From Ostreococcus lucimarinus (lineage: Eukaryota), in the NCBI GenBank assembly GCA_000092065.1, contig CP000584.1: 64,000 nt of DNA, one strand, 5' to 3'. Position 1 is the first letter of the stretch, and every line of letters begins with the position of its first letter. Below are positions 18,169 to 27,119 of the stretch, one piece after another. The notes under the pieces were generated by a model. It saw only the letters and a program-made list of their open reading frames with translations, was not told the origin of the DNA and searched no databases. The position numbers and the translations under genes were made by a program.

Positions 18169-18921
18169 TTAATTACGCGCCGTGATTTTGATATTCTTCG
18201 CGTCGATGTCGGGAATGCCCGCGTTCCGAGCCTCGTACTCCGGAAACACCTTCAAGCACGTCGTCTTGCAATTCGGTGCGAATCGCACGTATCCGCAAAC
18301 TCGATCCGCGCAAAATTGCACGAAGCCCCAAAGTCGATTAAACGCCGCGTCTCGCGCCTTCAGCATCTTTGCGTACTTCTTCGGGTTCGCTCGCAACGCG
18401 TCCCTCTCGGGCGCCTCCTCGAACGTCTCGGGCGCACCGTCCAGAACGCGCACCGTCAACTTTGCCCCCGCGCCGTACACGTTCGACGCCTCCAAATCAT
18501 CCCTCGCTCGCTCCACGATCGCCCGTTCGTCCGCGTTCGCGACGTAAATCACCGGCGCGAACCGCGCGCCCACCTCTGAAAATTGCCCATCCGACCGCGT
18601 CGGCTCGCTCCGTCGCCAGTACGTCCGCATCAGCTCCTCGAACGAGATCCGCGACTCGTCGTACGTCACCCTGACCCCTCGCGCGCCGTCGAGCGCGCCC
18701 GGCGCGACGTCTCGCACGCCGGCGTACTTCAAGTCCAAGTACTGCCGCTCCAAAAACGCCTCGTCTCCCGCGCCGACGAACATCGTCGCCGCGTCCGCGG
18801 GCGCGCGCGACGCGATCGCGACCGCGGCGACGAACGCGACGACCGGTTTCGCGGGCGCGCGCGCCGCGCGCGGCGTCGACGCGCGCGTCGGCGTCGTTCG
18901 CATCGGCACCGGCGTCGACAT
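18169..18921 (-). CDS. MsrA-like (peptide methionine sulfoxide reductase A fold) protein without the GCFWG catalytic Cys, with a signal/TM segment and a Cys-rich C-terminus
   Basis: ATG at 18919-18921 verified (the track start is GTG). 'RISFEELMRTYWRRSEPTRSDGQFSEVGARFAPVIY' resembles MsrA 'ISYEELL..FW..HDPT..NRQGNDVGTQYRS.IY'. The GCFWG region instead reads MFVGAGDEAF. The family assignment is weak. Confidence 0.3.
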   Translation of the reverse strand: MSTPVPMRTTPTRASTPRAARAPAKPVVAFVAAVAIASRAPADAATMFVGAGDEAFLERQYLDLKYAGVRDVAPGALDGARGVRVTYDESRISFEELMRTYWRRSEPTRSDGQFSEVGARFAPVIYVANADERAIVERARDDLEASNVYGAGAKLTVRVLDGAPETFEEAPERDALRANPKKYAKMLKARDAAFNRLWGFVQFCADRVCGYVRFAPNCKTTCLKVFPEYEARNAGIPDIDAKNIKITARN

Positions 18922-18952
18922 CGCGCGCGACCGAGTGACGCCGCGACACACC

Positions 18953-18977
18953 GCGACGCGACGCGACGCGACGCGAC
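18953..18977. repeat. (GCGAC)5 tandem repeat in the 63-bp divergent spacer between the MsrA-like and NOA1-like start codons
   Basis: Read from 18951-18980 as gcgacgcgacgcgacgcgacgcgac. Confidence 0.6.
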
Positions 18978-18984
18978 GCGGACG

Positions 18985-20512
18985 ATGTCGGCGATGACGC
19001 GCGCGCCGGTGATGGCGCGCCGCGCGCGCGCGCGGATCGCGCGCGCGCGCGACGCGGCGAAGGTTTCGACGCGGCGGCGGCGGGCAACGACCGCGACGCG
19101 ATGGGGGCGCGCGCGCGCGTCGATGGACGACGACGACGCGCGGAGCGAGCGGCGATACGTGCGAGAGGGCGATCGTAACGTCGACGTGCGACGGGAGCGG
19201 GTGCGTGGGCGCGAGGCGCGGGCTGGACGCGGACGCGCGAACGCGGCGGCGACGCGCGAGCGCGACGACTGACGACGACGAACGCGGCGGGTGATGATAG
19301 GGGAACTGTTACGGGTGCGGCGTCGCGCTGCAGACGAAGGATGAATCGATCGCGGGGTACGTCGATGCGGCGGAGTACGCGACGAAGGCGGTGCACAGAC
19401 ATTACGACATGATGCTCTGCGCGCGGTGCGCGGCGCTGAGCAACGGGAAATTCGTAAACGCGGTCGAGGGGCAGGGCGGGTTGAAAGCGGCGCCCGGATT
19501 GATCACGCCGAAGCAGCTCAGAGATCAACTGAAACCGATCCGGGAGAAAAAGGCGCTGGTGGTGAAGGTGGTGGATGTGACAGATTTTCATGGGAGCTTT
19601 CTGAAAAAGGTGAGAGACGTCGTCGGCGGGAATCCGATTCTCCTCGTAGTGACAAAGGTTGATTTGTTAGATTCGAAAACGGACCTCGATGCACTCGTGG
19701 AGTGGGTCGGGCGCGAAGCCGAGACGCGACGGCTTTCACTGGCGGGAATCGCGCTCGTGAGTTCTAGGAAAGGATCTGGGATGCGCGACGCCGTACTACA
19801 GATGATGCGCGAGCGAAACGGTCGCGATGTCTACGTCCTCGGCGCCGCGAATGTTGGCAAAAGCTCATTCATTCGGGCCGCGATGGATGAGCTGCGATCG
19901 GCTGGTAATTATTTCGCACCTTCTAAGCGACTTCCCGTGGCGAGTGCGATGCCAGGAACGACGCTCGGAGTGATACCGTTGAAGGCGTTTGAGGGTAAAG
20001 GCATATTGTTCGACACACCTGGTTTGTTCTTACATCACAGACTGAACTCTTTGCTCGGGCCTGATGATCTTTCGACGATGAAACTCGGCGCGTCATTGAA
20101 AAAGTTCGTGCCAAAGACGCCTGAATGCGCCGAGCCGCCTGGGTTTGATTCTTTTCAAGGGTACTCGTTGTGTTGGGGTTCGTTCGTGCGCGTGGACGTC
20201 GTGCGGTGTCCACCGAACGTAGCTTTTTCGTTCTACGGACCCAAATCGCAGCGTGTGGATATCATCAAGACCTCGGACGTTCCACCGACGACGCCTGGAC
20301 AAGAAGAAGCGGCATTGCGCGTGGTGAATGAGATCGACTTTGTACCGCCGACGAACGTAGTCGGCCCTTTGGTCGATCTTTCGGTGTCTGGTCTAGGGGG
20401 CTGGATTCGCGTCGAAAAAACGGATAGTAGAGGCGATGGTGCCATTCTGGCTCGTGTGTATGGTGTTCGTGGCTTAGAGGTTTTCGCTCGCGACGTCATG
20501 CCGACGCCTTGA
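18985..20512 (+). CDS. NOA1: NOA1/YqeH-type circularly permuted GTPase (organellar ribosome assembly), two exons: 18985..19200 and 19301..20512
   Basis: Exon 1 starts at ATG 18985 (MSAMTRAPVMARRARAR..., transit-peptide-like). A GTGCGT donor sits at 19201, a CGACGACTGACGACGACG branch at about 19263-19280, and an acceptor ...tgatgatag| at 19300. Exon 2 begins GNCYGCGVALQ...CARC (CxxC..CxxC zinc ribbon), followed by G4-G1-G2-G3 order motifs 'LLVVTKVDLL' and 'VYVLGAANVGKSSFI'. Without splicing, the conserved Zn ribbon has no in-frame ATG. Confidence 0.8.
19201..19300 (+). other. Spliceosomal intron of the NOA1-like gene (100 nt, phase 0)
   Basis: Donor GTGCGT, ACTGACG branch 27 nt upstream of the AG. 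Flanking reading frames (track ORFs 18583..19272 and 19391..) join in phase. Confidence 0.7.
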
Positions 20513-20598
20513 TTTGTAAATTGTTAATTTTTGTTTGTATCTCCCACGACGTGCACTTTACGAGTACCCTCGACCGCCTCTCTCCACAACGCTTCTCC

Positions 20599-20907
20599 AT
20601 GAATGCTGACGTCGACTCGCTTCCTGAACCGACCGAGATCCAGCGGCAAAAAGGTTGGAAACGCGATTACACGGCAGTGTGGGCCGAACATGCCGACGTC
20701 ATGAAGCAAATCGTTGCGGAAAAACGCACCAAGGCTTTGAACAACTTTCAAACGGAGCAGCACGTCGTGAGTGGCACGAAAATGACAATTTATGATTTCA
20801 CAGGCGGAGTACACGTCACGAGAGCGAAAAATATGGCTCGACGTGACGAGTTGGCGCACGAAGAAGAACGACTGAAAGAATGGAAGCGTGTGAATCAATC
20901 GCCATAG
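20599..20907 (+). CDS. Hypothetical 102-aa protein in a low-GC island (not recognised)
   Basis: ATG at 20599-20601 verified. MNADVDSLPEPTEIQRQKGWKRDY...TKMTIYDFTGGVHVTRAKNMARRDELAHEEERLKEWKRVNQSP. GC is about 48% and codons are not GC3-biased, unlike every neighbour. It could be a real gene with atypical usage or a chance ORF in a 3' UTR. Confidence 0.3.
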   Translation: MNADVDSLPEPTEIQRQKGWKRDYTAVWAEHADVMKQIVAEKRTKALNNFQTEQHVVSGTKMTIYDFTGGVHVTRAKNMARRDELAHEEERLKEWKRVNQSP

Positions 20908-20953
20908 TCGATTTGCAAGTGCTCGCTAATTTTTTCTAAACTGAACGCAATAA

Positions 20954-21760
20954 TCAATCAATCGACATTTTACGCTTCAGCAACAGCCGACCACGCCAGC
21001 CGAATAATCCCGGATCGACCCCACCGAGCGTGTATCCGTGATCCTTATACAACGCGATGACGCCCGGCTTCTTCAACGCGACGTGCAACCACATCTCCTC
21101 GCTCTTCATCGCGCGCGCGAAACTCTCCGCCCCTTTGAGCATGGCGGCGCCGAGCCCAGCTCCTCGCTTATCGACGGCAACGGTCAAATCCGACAAGTAC
21201 CCCCCATCACTCGGCGGTGCGAGCGACGAAAACTTTCTACGCGTCTCCTGCGTAAACGACACCCCGACCGTCGCGACGATTTCGCCCCTCAACGTCCCGA
21301 CCAAGTACGTCCCGTACGGAAACGCACCGATGGCGTTCGTCAAATATACCTCAAGCGTCCGTCTCTCGGTGGGAAACCCCTGCATGCCGCTCTCGAGCAA
21401 CAGTTTGGCGACCTCGCCGACGTCTTCGCCTCCAAAGGCCCGAATCTCCAGCGCGTCGCCCTCGAACGCGTCGCTTCGCTTGCCGGCGCCGATCTCCACC
21501 GTCGTTCGCCACGTGACGTCTGGAACGTCCGTTCGCCGCGGCACGGGGTCCGCGAACGGGTCCGCGCGCGCGCCCGCGCGGACGTTTGCGCGGGCGCTCG
21601 CGCGATGACGTCGCGACCGCTGAAGCGCCGCGTCGCCGCGACTGCGCGCGAGCGGCGCGCGATCGACGCTCGTGGACGCGCACGATGATGAAACCGCACG
21701 CATGATCGAGCGCGGTATCGACGACGAGGTCGACGTCGCGCGAGGCGCTGTGCGGGACAT
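20954..21760 (-). CDS. GNAT-family N-acetyltransferase with an S/R/A-rich N-terminal targeting sequence
   Basis: Acetyl-CoA binding motif 'LSDLTVAVDKRGAGLGAAMLKGAESFA'. Start placed at the first internal ATG by residue counting (aa 35 of track ORF 20954..21862, whose own start is GTG). An alternative ATG is at aa 54 (21703). Confidence 0.6.
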   Translation of the reverse strand: MSRTAPRATSTSSSIPRSIMRAVSSSCASTSVDRAPLARSRGDAALQRSRRHRASARANVRAGARADPFADPVPRRTDVPDVTWRTTVEIGAGKRSDAFEGDALEIRAFGGEDVGEVAKLLLESGMQGFPTERRTLEVYLTNAIGAFPYGTYLVGTLRGEIVATVGVSFTQETRRKFSSLAPPSDGGYLSDLTVAVDKRGAGLGAAMLKGAESFARAMKSEEMWLHVALKKPGVIALYKDHGYTLGGVDPGLFGWRGRLLLKRKMSID

Positions 21761-21807
21761 CGCAAGATGGATAGAGGCTTTTCGGCGCGTTTGACATTGA
21801 AAAAATT

Positions 21808-24090
21808 CTACTTGATAACGCCCTCTCGGATCGTCGGTAGCGTGCACGGACCTTCTGCGCACGCGAATGGAACGCCCTTGTACGCGGCGATGCCCTCGGG
21901 CGTGACAGAGAAGTCGATGCTGACGGTTTCAAAAATTTTCTTCCTGGGATTGAGCGTCGGGTCGGCGTCGCCGACGAAACCTTCGCAAGAGACGCGCGCG
22001 CCGTTGGCGGCGCCAGCGGGAGGCGCGACGGGTTCGGTCTTGCCCTCGGCGTTCGTACCACACAGAACCATGGCGGTAGATTCCACGCCGCGCATTTTGG
22101 AGGGTTTCATGTTGGCCACACACACGACGCGCAAACCGGTGAAATCGTCTTCAGAGATGTGCTTGACTAGTCCGCTCACGACTTGACGGGGCGCATCGCC
22201 ACCGAGATCGATCTCTTCGACGTACAACGAGTCCGCATCGGGGTGGCGCTTCACGCTTCTTACGGTGCCGACGACGAGCTCGAGACGGGAGACGTCCACG
22301 GGGGCATCGGAGGGTACTGGCTGCGCTTTGGGCACGGGGGCCGCCTTCTTCTTCACCTCAATCTTTTCGGCTTCAAATTTGGCAAACAAAACGTCACCGA
22401 TGGCGACCGTCGCCCCGATGGGAACGTTTTCACCGAACGGCTTGAGTTCCCAAATTTTCACGGCCGGAACACCGAGCTTTTCAAACACCAAGCCGCATGC
22501 CTTTGGAACGTAAGGCTGCAAAAAGTGCATCGCCACGTACACTGCCTCGAGAGTGCTCTTGATGATGACGCTCTTGCGCTCTTCCGCGCCTTCGCCCTTG
22601 ACTGCCCACGGCGCGGAGTCCGTGAGGTACTTGTTCGTACACTTGATGGCTTCAATGGCGAGTTCACACGCGCCTTGAATGTTGAATCTAGACATTGCGG
22701 CTTCAGATTTCGCTCGCAACACGCCGACGCTAAACACATTCTCCGAGGCGCAATCCGGGATGATTCCTCCGCAATTCTTCTTGCAAAGGTTCGTGACTCG
22801 GTGCACTAAGTTTCCGATGACGTCGGCTAAATCAGCATTGTGAATCGCGATCATCGCAGGTTCACTGAAAGGCACGTCCGCGCCGTAAACGCCGCAGCGC
22901 ATCAAGTAGTAGCGGAACGTATCACTCGAAAACCTCTTCAAAACGTCGTTCGGATCGACGACGTTCCCGATCGACTTGCTCATCTTTTGTCCGTCATCCG
23001 CGGTCACGAAACCGTGACCGAAAACCGTCTTCGGAAGCGGCAATCCGGCGCTCCACAGCATGCACGGCCAGATGACGCAGTGAAACCAGATGATGTCTTT
23101 ACCGATGATGTGCACGCTTGCGGGCCAAAAATCTTTGTTTTCAGTCTCCTCAGGCCACCCCGTACCGGTGAGATAGTTTGTAAGCGCGTCGAACCACACG
23201 TACATGACGTGCTTTGGGGCATCGGGCACTGGAATACCCCAATCGAACGTCGTGCGCGATACAGACAAATCTCGAAGATCGTCGTTTTGCAAGCGCGCCA
23301 AAATCTCGTTTCGTCGAGACGAGGGCTGAATAAACTCCGGATTCGACTCAATGTGCGCGATGAGCTGTTTTTGATATCGGCTTTGTTTGAAAAAGTAACT
23401 TTCTTCCTTCATCTTTTTCAAGTCTTTCCCACTGACTGGGTCTTTGTACCCGCTCGCCTGCGCTTCGCTCTCCGTCACAAAGGTTTCCTCGCGCACGTTG
23501 TACCACCCCTCGTACGTGTCCAAATAAATGTCCCCGTTATCTCTCGAGCGTCTGAACAGCTCTGCACACGCTTTCTTGTGCGCTTCGCTCGTCGTGCGAT
23601 TGTACACATCGTTCGACACGTCCAATCGTTTGTTCAAGTTTTGGAACTCGGCCACGTGCGTGTCCACGAACGCCAACGGCGCCATCCCCTTCTCCTCCGC
23701 CGCCTCCGCTATCTTCTGCCCGTGTTCGTCCGAGCCCGTTTGAAACAACACCTGCCGTCCGTACGCTCGATGGTATCTCGCCAGGACGTCGGTGGAGATG
23801 GATTCGTACGCGTGTCCCATGTGCGGCGCCCCGTTCGCGTAGTTGATCGCCGTCGTCACGCTAAATCGCTCCCCTCGCGGGTCCTTCACCCCTCGTCCCG
23901 CGTCCTCGACCGCGCGCTCTTTCGCGCGCGCGTCATCGTCCACCTCTTTCGCGCGCTCGCGCACGTCGACGGCCTCGAGCGCGATCCGCGCGTCCTCGAC
24001 CTCGTTCGCCGCCGGCGTAGGTCCGCCGCTCCTCGCGTCGCCGTCCTCGCGCGCGGCGCCGCGCTTCGCCGCCGACGGCGCGCCTCCCAT
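21808..24090 (-). CDS. MARS: Methionyl-tRNA synthetase with a C-terminal EMAP-II/Myf tRNA-binding domain
   Basis: Class-I core 'TTAINYANGAPHMGHAYESI', KMSKS 'KMSKSIGN', and a C-terminal 'VGTVRSVKRHPDADSLYVEEIDLGG'. The track start at 24252 is GTG. The first ATG is M55 (cat at 24088-24090, verified). Confidence 0.9.
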   Translation of the reverse strand: MGGAPSAAKRGAAREDGDARSGGPTPAANEVEDARIALEAVDVRERAKEVDDDARAKERAVEDAGRGVKDPRGERFSVTTAINYANGAPHMGHAYESISTDVLARYHRAYGRQVLFQTGSDEHGQKIAEAAEEKGMAPLAFVDTHVAEFQNLNKRLDVSNDVYNRTTSEAHKKACAELFRRSRDNGDIYLDTYEGWYNVREETFVTESEAQASGYKDPVSGKDLKKMKEESYFFKQSRYQKQLIAHIESNPEFIQPSSRRNEILARLQNDDLRDLSVSRTTFDWGIPVPDAPKHVMYVWFDALTNYLTGTGWPEETENKDFWPASVHIIGKDIIWFHCVIWPCMLWSAGLPLPKTVFGHGFVTADDGQKMSKSIGNVVDPNDVLKRFSSDTFRYYLMRCGVYGADVPFSEPAMIAIHNADLADVIGNLVHRVTNLCKKNCGGIIPDCASENVFSVGVLRAKSEAAMSRFNIQGACELAIEAIKCTNKYLTDSAPWAVKGEGAEERKSVIIKSTLEAVYVAMHFLQPYVPKACGLVFEKLGVPAVKIWELKPFGENVPIGATVAIGDVLFAKFEAEKIEVKKKAAPVPKAQPVPSDAPVDVSRLELVVGTVRSVKRHPDADSLYVEEIDLGGDAPRQVVSGLVKHISEDDFTGLRVVCVANMKPSKMRGVESTAMVLCGTNAEGKTEPVAPPAGAANGARVSCEGFVGDADPTLNPRKKIFETVSIDFSVTPEGIAAYKGVPFACAEGPCTLPTIREGVIK

Positions 24091-24199
24091 GACGCGCGCG
24101 TTCGCGTCGACTCGTTCGCGCGGTTCGAGCGCGCGCGCGCGACGCGAAGTGCCGCGTCGCGTCGGCGGTCGCCGCACTTCGCCGCGCGTTCGGGATTCG

Positions 24200-25912
24200 A
24201 TGTCGCGCGCGCGCGACGTCGCCTCGCGCCTCGCGCGCGCGTCGTACGCCACGAGCTCGAAACCGTACGTCGTTCTCGGCGGTCGCGGCGTCGCGCGGCG
24301 CGCGACGTCGCGGGGAGACGGCGGAAAGAATCAAACGCCGGGACGACGCGGCTGGTCGACGCCCGCGCGCGGCGCGCTGTTCGTCGCGGCGTCCGCGTAC
24401 GTCGCGTGGACGCACCTGAGCGCGAGCGAGGAAGACGACGTCGAGCGCGAGCGGGCGACGGTGGAGAACTGGAGCGGGACGAAGCGGGTGGAGTGCGAAA
24501 AGGTGCTGACGCCGGAGAGCGCGGAGGCGCTCGAGCGCGCGGTGCGAAGCGGGAAGCATCGGAAGCTGCGCCCGTGCGGAAGCGCGCTGAGCCCGAATGG
24601 GGTGGCGTTTGAGGAGCGCGGGATGCTGTCGATGGCGCTCCTGGACGAGGTGCTGGAGGTGGACGCGGAGAAGAAACTGTTGCGCGTGCAGGCGGGCGCG
24701 AGGGTGCGGGAAGTCGTCGAGGCGTTGCGTCCGCACGGGTTGACGCTGCAAAACTACGCGAGCATTCGAGAACAACAGATGGGTGGGTTCACGCAAGTCG
24801 GCGCGCACGGCACGGGGGCGAGGATTCCGCCCGTGGATGAAACGGTGGTGGAGATGAAACTCGTGACGCCGGCGCGCGGAACGCTGACGTTGTCGGCGAC
24901 GAGCGAGCCAGAGTTGTTTAAATTAGCAAAATGTGGTATCGGCGCGCTCGGTGCGGTGACGGAGCTTACGATAAAGTGCGTAGACGCGCATAAATTAGTG
25001 GAAAACACGTGGACGGCAACACCAGGGGAGATCGAAAAGAATCACGAAAAATGGCTGCGCGAGTATCAACACATTCGGTACATGTGGATTCCACACACAG
25101 AGACCGTGGTGGTCGTCGCCAGTAATCCGTTGAAACCTGGCGAGCGAGAGCCTTGGATTAGATCGGGAATGTCGGAGAAGAAGCGCGTCGAACCGCTCGT
25201 GCGTTTGCTCAAAGAAGTCGCGCCAGACGTGAATCCGGAGAACATGGGCTTTGGACAACTTCGCGACGAACTGCTTAAGGTGAATCCTTTAGACTTCGAG
25301 CACGTCAAGCGAGTGAACGCCGCGGAAGCAGAGTTTTGGAAGCGGAGCACGGGGACGCGAGTCGACTGGAGCGATCAAATACTCGGTTTTGATTGCGGTG
25401 GACAGCAGCACGTGCTCGAAGTCGCGTTTCCGGCGGGCGAGTTGGAATCGACACCGCCCGCGAGCGACGCACCGCTTCGCGCCGACTTGCGATTCATGCG
25501 CGATCTCCGACGACTGATCGTGGAGAATCAAATCCCTGCACATGCGCCGATCGAGCAACGTTGGACGAGCGGGAGCTCGTCGCCGATGTCGCCCTCTGCC
25601 GGGTCGCCGAATTCGCTTCACTCGTGGGTCGGCATAATCATGTACCTCCCCACCACGGTTGAAGCCGAACGCGAAGCCATCACCAATGCTTTCACGGAGT
25701 ACGGCTACAAAGAGTTCGACGCGCTCGGCGACAAGTACGAACTCCGCACACACTGGGCAAAGATCGAGGTTCCCGAGGACATTCGCCGACTCGATAAGAC
25801 GCGAACCAAGCTCCGCGAGCACTACCCGGTGAAGGAGTTCAACGCCGCCCGCAAGTACCTCGATCCCTACGGCGTGTTTACGAACGGCATCATAGCCAGC
25901 CTGTTCAAGTGA
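24200..25912 (+). CDS. GLDH: L-galactono-1,4-lactone dehydrogenase (GLDH; FAD-linked, ALO family), the last step of ascorbate biosynthesis
   Basis: ATG at 24200-24202 verified. About 60% identical to plant GLDH across 'NWSGT...RPCGSALSPNG...LQNYASIREQQMGGFTQVGAHGTGARIPPVDE...EILGFDCGGQQHV...HWAKIEVP'. An alternative in-frame ATG at 24089 would overlap the MARS start through a shared CATG. Confidence 0.9.
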   Translation: MSRARDVASRLARASYATSSKPYVVLGGRGVARRATSRGDGGKNQTPGRRGWSTPARGALFVAASAYVAWTHLSASEEDDVERERATVENWSGTKRVECEKVLTPESAEALERAVRSGKHRKLRPCGSALSPNGVAFEERGMLSMALLDEVLEVDAEKKLLRVQAGARVREVVEALRPHGLTLQNYASIREQQMGGFTQVGAHGTGARIPPVDETVVEMKLVTPARGTLTLSATSEPELFKLAKCGIGALGAVTELTIKCVDAHKLVENTWTATPGEIEKNHEKWLREYQHIRYMWIPHTETVVVVASNPLKPGEREPWIRSGMSEKKRVEPLVRLLKEVAPDVNPENMGFGQLRDELLKVNPLDFEHVKRVNAAEAEFWKRSTGTRVDWSDQILGFDCGGQQHVLEVAFPAGELESTPPASDAPLRADLRFMRDLRRLIVENQIPAHAPIEQRWTSGSSSPMSPSAGSPNSLHSWVGIIMYLPTTVEAEREAITNAFTEYGYKEFDALGDKYELRTHWAKIEVPEDIRRLDKTRTKLREHYPVKEFNAARKYLDPYGVFTNGIIASLFK

Positions 25913-26083
25913 GTATATGTAACTTTAGTGCATTAGTTCTAGCGCGACGAGCTGGGGCAGTCGCCTCCAGTCGCCAAATAACCTCCTATCCTCGAGTGGC
26001 CGTCTATATGGGTATTCAGTATCGTCAGACGAAAAGTCACGACGCATCGAGCCCCGAGTCGAGAGAACCGGACTCGGCGCGAG

Positions 26084-27049
26084 ATGGAGGTCGACTCCGA
26101 CGACGACACGTGGCGATTGAACTTGAACGATGCGTGGACGTCGGACAGCGAAGGCGAGGTGCGCGCGAAACCGTCCACGAGCGCGGCAAAATTCGCTCGA
26201 GCCGAACTTGACGCGGTGAACGTGGATATCGACGCGGCACCGGCGACCACGACGGCGCCGCGCGGAGACGTCAACGCGTCGAAATACGCGTTGACGCTGC
26301 CGAATGAGCTCGGTGTGTTGACGGTAGCGCAAATTCACAAGTGCGAGCTCGGAACGGTGGTTTGGAACGCGGCGCTGATTCTGTGCGACTGGTTGAGAGC
26401 GAACGCGGGGACGCTGCGAGGCCGCACTATTTTGGAAGTCGGCGCGGGTTGCGGAGCGTGTGGGTTTTACGCCGCGGCGTGCGGCGCGGATTGCATCATC
26501 GCCGACTGCGGTCCGCAAACAATGCTTAACTTAGAAAAGACGCTCGCGTGTTACGAGAATTTAGTCGCGAAGCGACCAGGTGGTGGATCGTTTGCGGGAA
26601 ACGTCAAAATTCGGCGTCACTTGTGGGAGGAGGATTTTGAAATCCTTGAGGCTCGACGACTCGGAGAGATTCCTGGGCGCGTCAGACATTGGTCGAACGT
26701 GGGAGTTTTTGAGAACGAGGGCGCTGGCTTCGCGGCGCCAATGGCGCCAACGGATGTCTTCGACATCGTCATCGGCTCCGACTTGTTGTACTTTTCAAGC
26801 CAGGAAGAGAGCTTGCTCGCGGCACTTCGTTTGCGTCTAAAGCCAGGAAGAGTGTGTTACATCGTTCAAACGTTGCGCACGAATAACGCCGAAGTCTTCG
26901 CACGATTCGTTCTCGCAGCGCGCAGATACTTTGTCGTGGACATTGTATCCGCGTCGCTTCCTAATGCGAATGTTTTTTTGCGAGCCAAGGAGACGCCGCA
27001 CGCCCTGTTAGACGACCCGTATAGATTATTGACGCTCCGACCGCTGTAG
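26084..27049 (+). CDS. Class I SAM-dependent methyltransferase of the METTL21/FAM86 protein-lysine MTase type
   Basis: ATG at 26084 verified. Motif I 'ILEVGAGCGACGFYAAACGA' and post-I 'IVIGSDLLYF', typical of the MTase family 16. Confidence 0.7.
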   Translation: MEVDSDDDTWRLNLNDAWTSDSEGEVRAKPSTSAAKFARAELDAVNVDIDAAPATTTAPRGDVNASKYALTLPNELGVLTVAQIHKCELGTVVWNAALILCDWLRANAGTLRGRTILEVGAGCGACGFYAAACGADCIIADCGPQTMLNLEKTLACYENLVAKRPGGGSFAGNVKIRRHLWEEDFEILEARRLGEIPGRVRHWSNVGVFENEGAGFAAPMAPTDVFDIVIGSDLLYFSSQEESLLAALRLRLKPGRVCYIVQTLRTNNAEVFARFVLAARRYFVVDIVSASLPNANVFLRAKETPHALLDDPYRLLTLRPL

Positions 27050-27119
27050 CCAACGACGATGTAAACTCTACCAAACGCTATGAATACATTAATACATATA
27101 GACGCCGAATACTACCGCT

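Noticed and set aside
18169-18951. Selenocysteine (TGA) at the MsrA active site, as in Chlamydomonas selenoprotein MsrA
   Set aside because: The ORF is continuous through the active-site region. No in-frame TGA precedes the FW/HDPT block, and the motif is simply absent.
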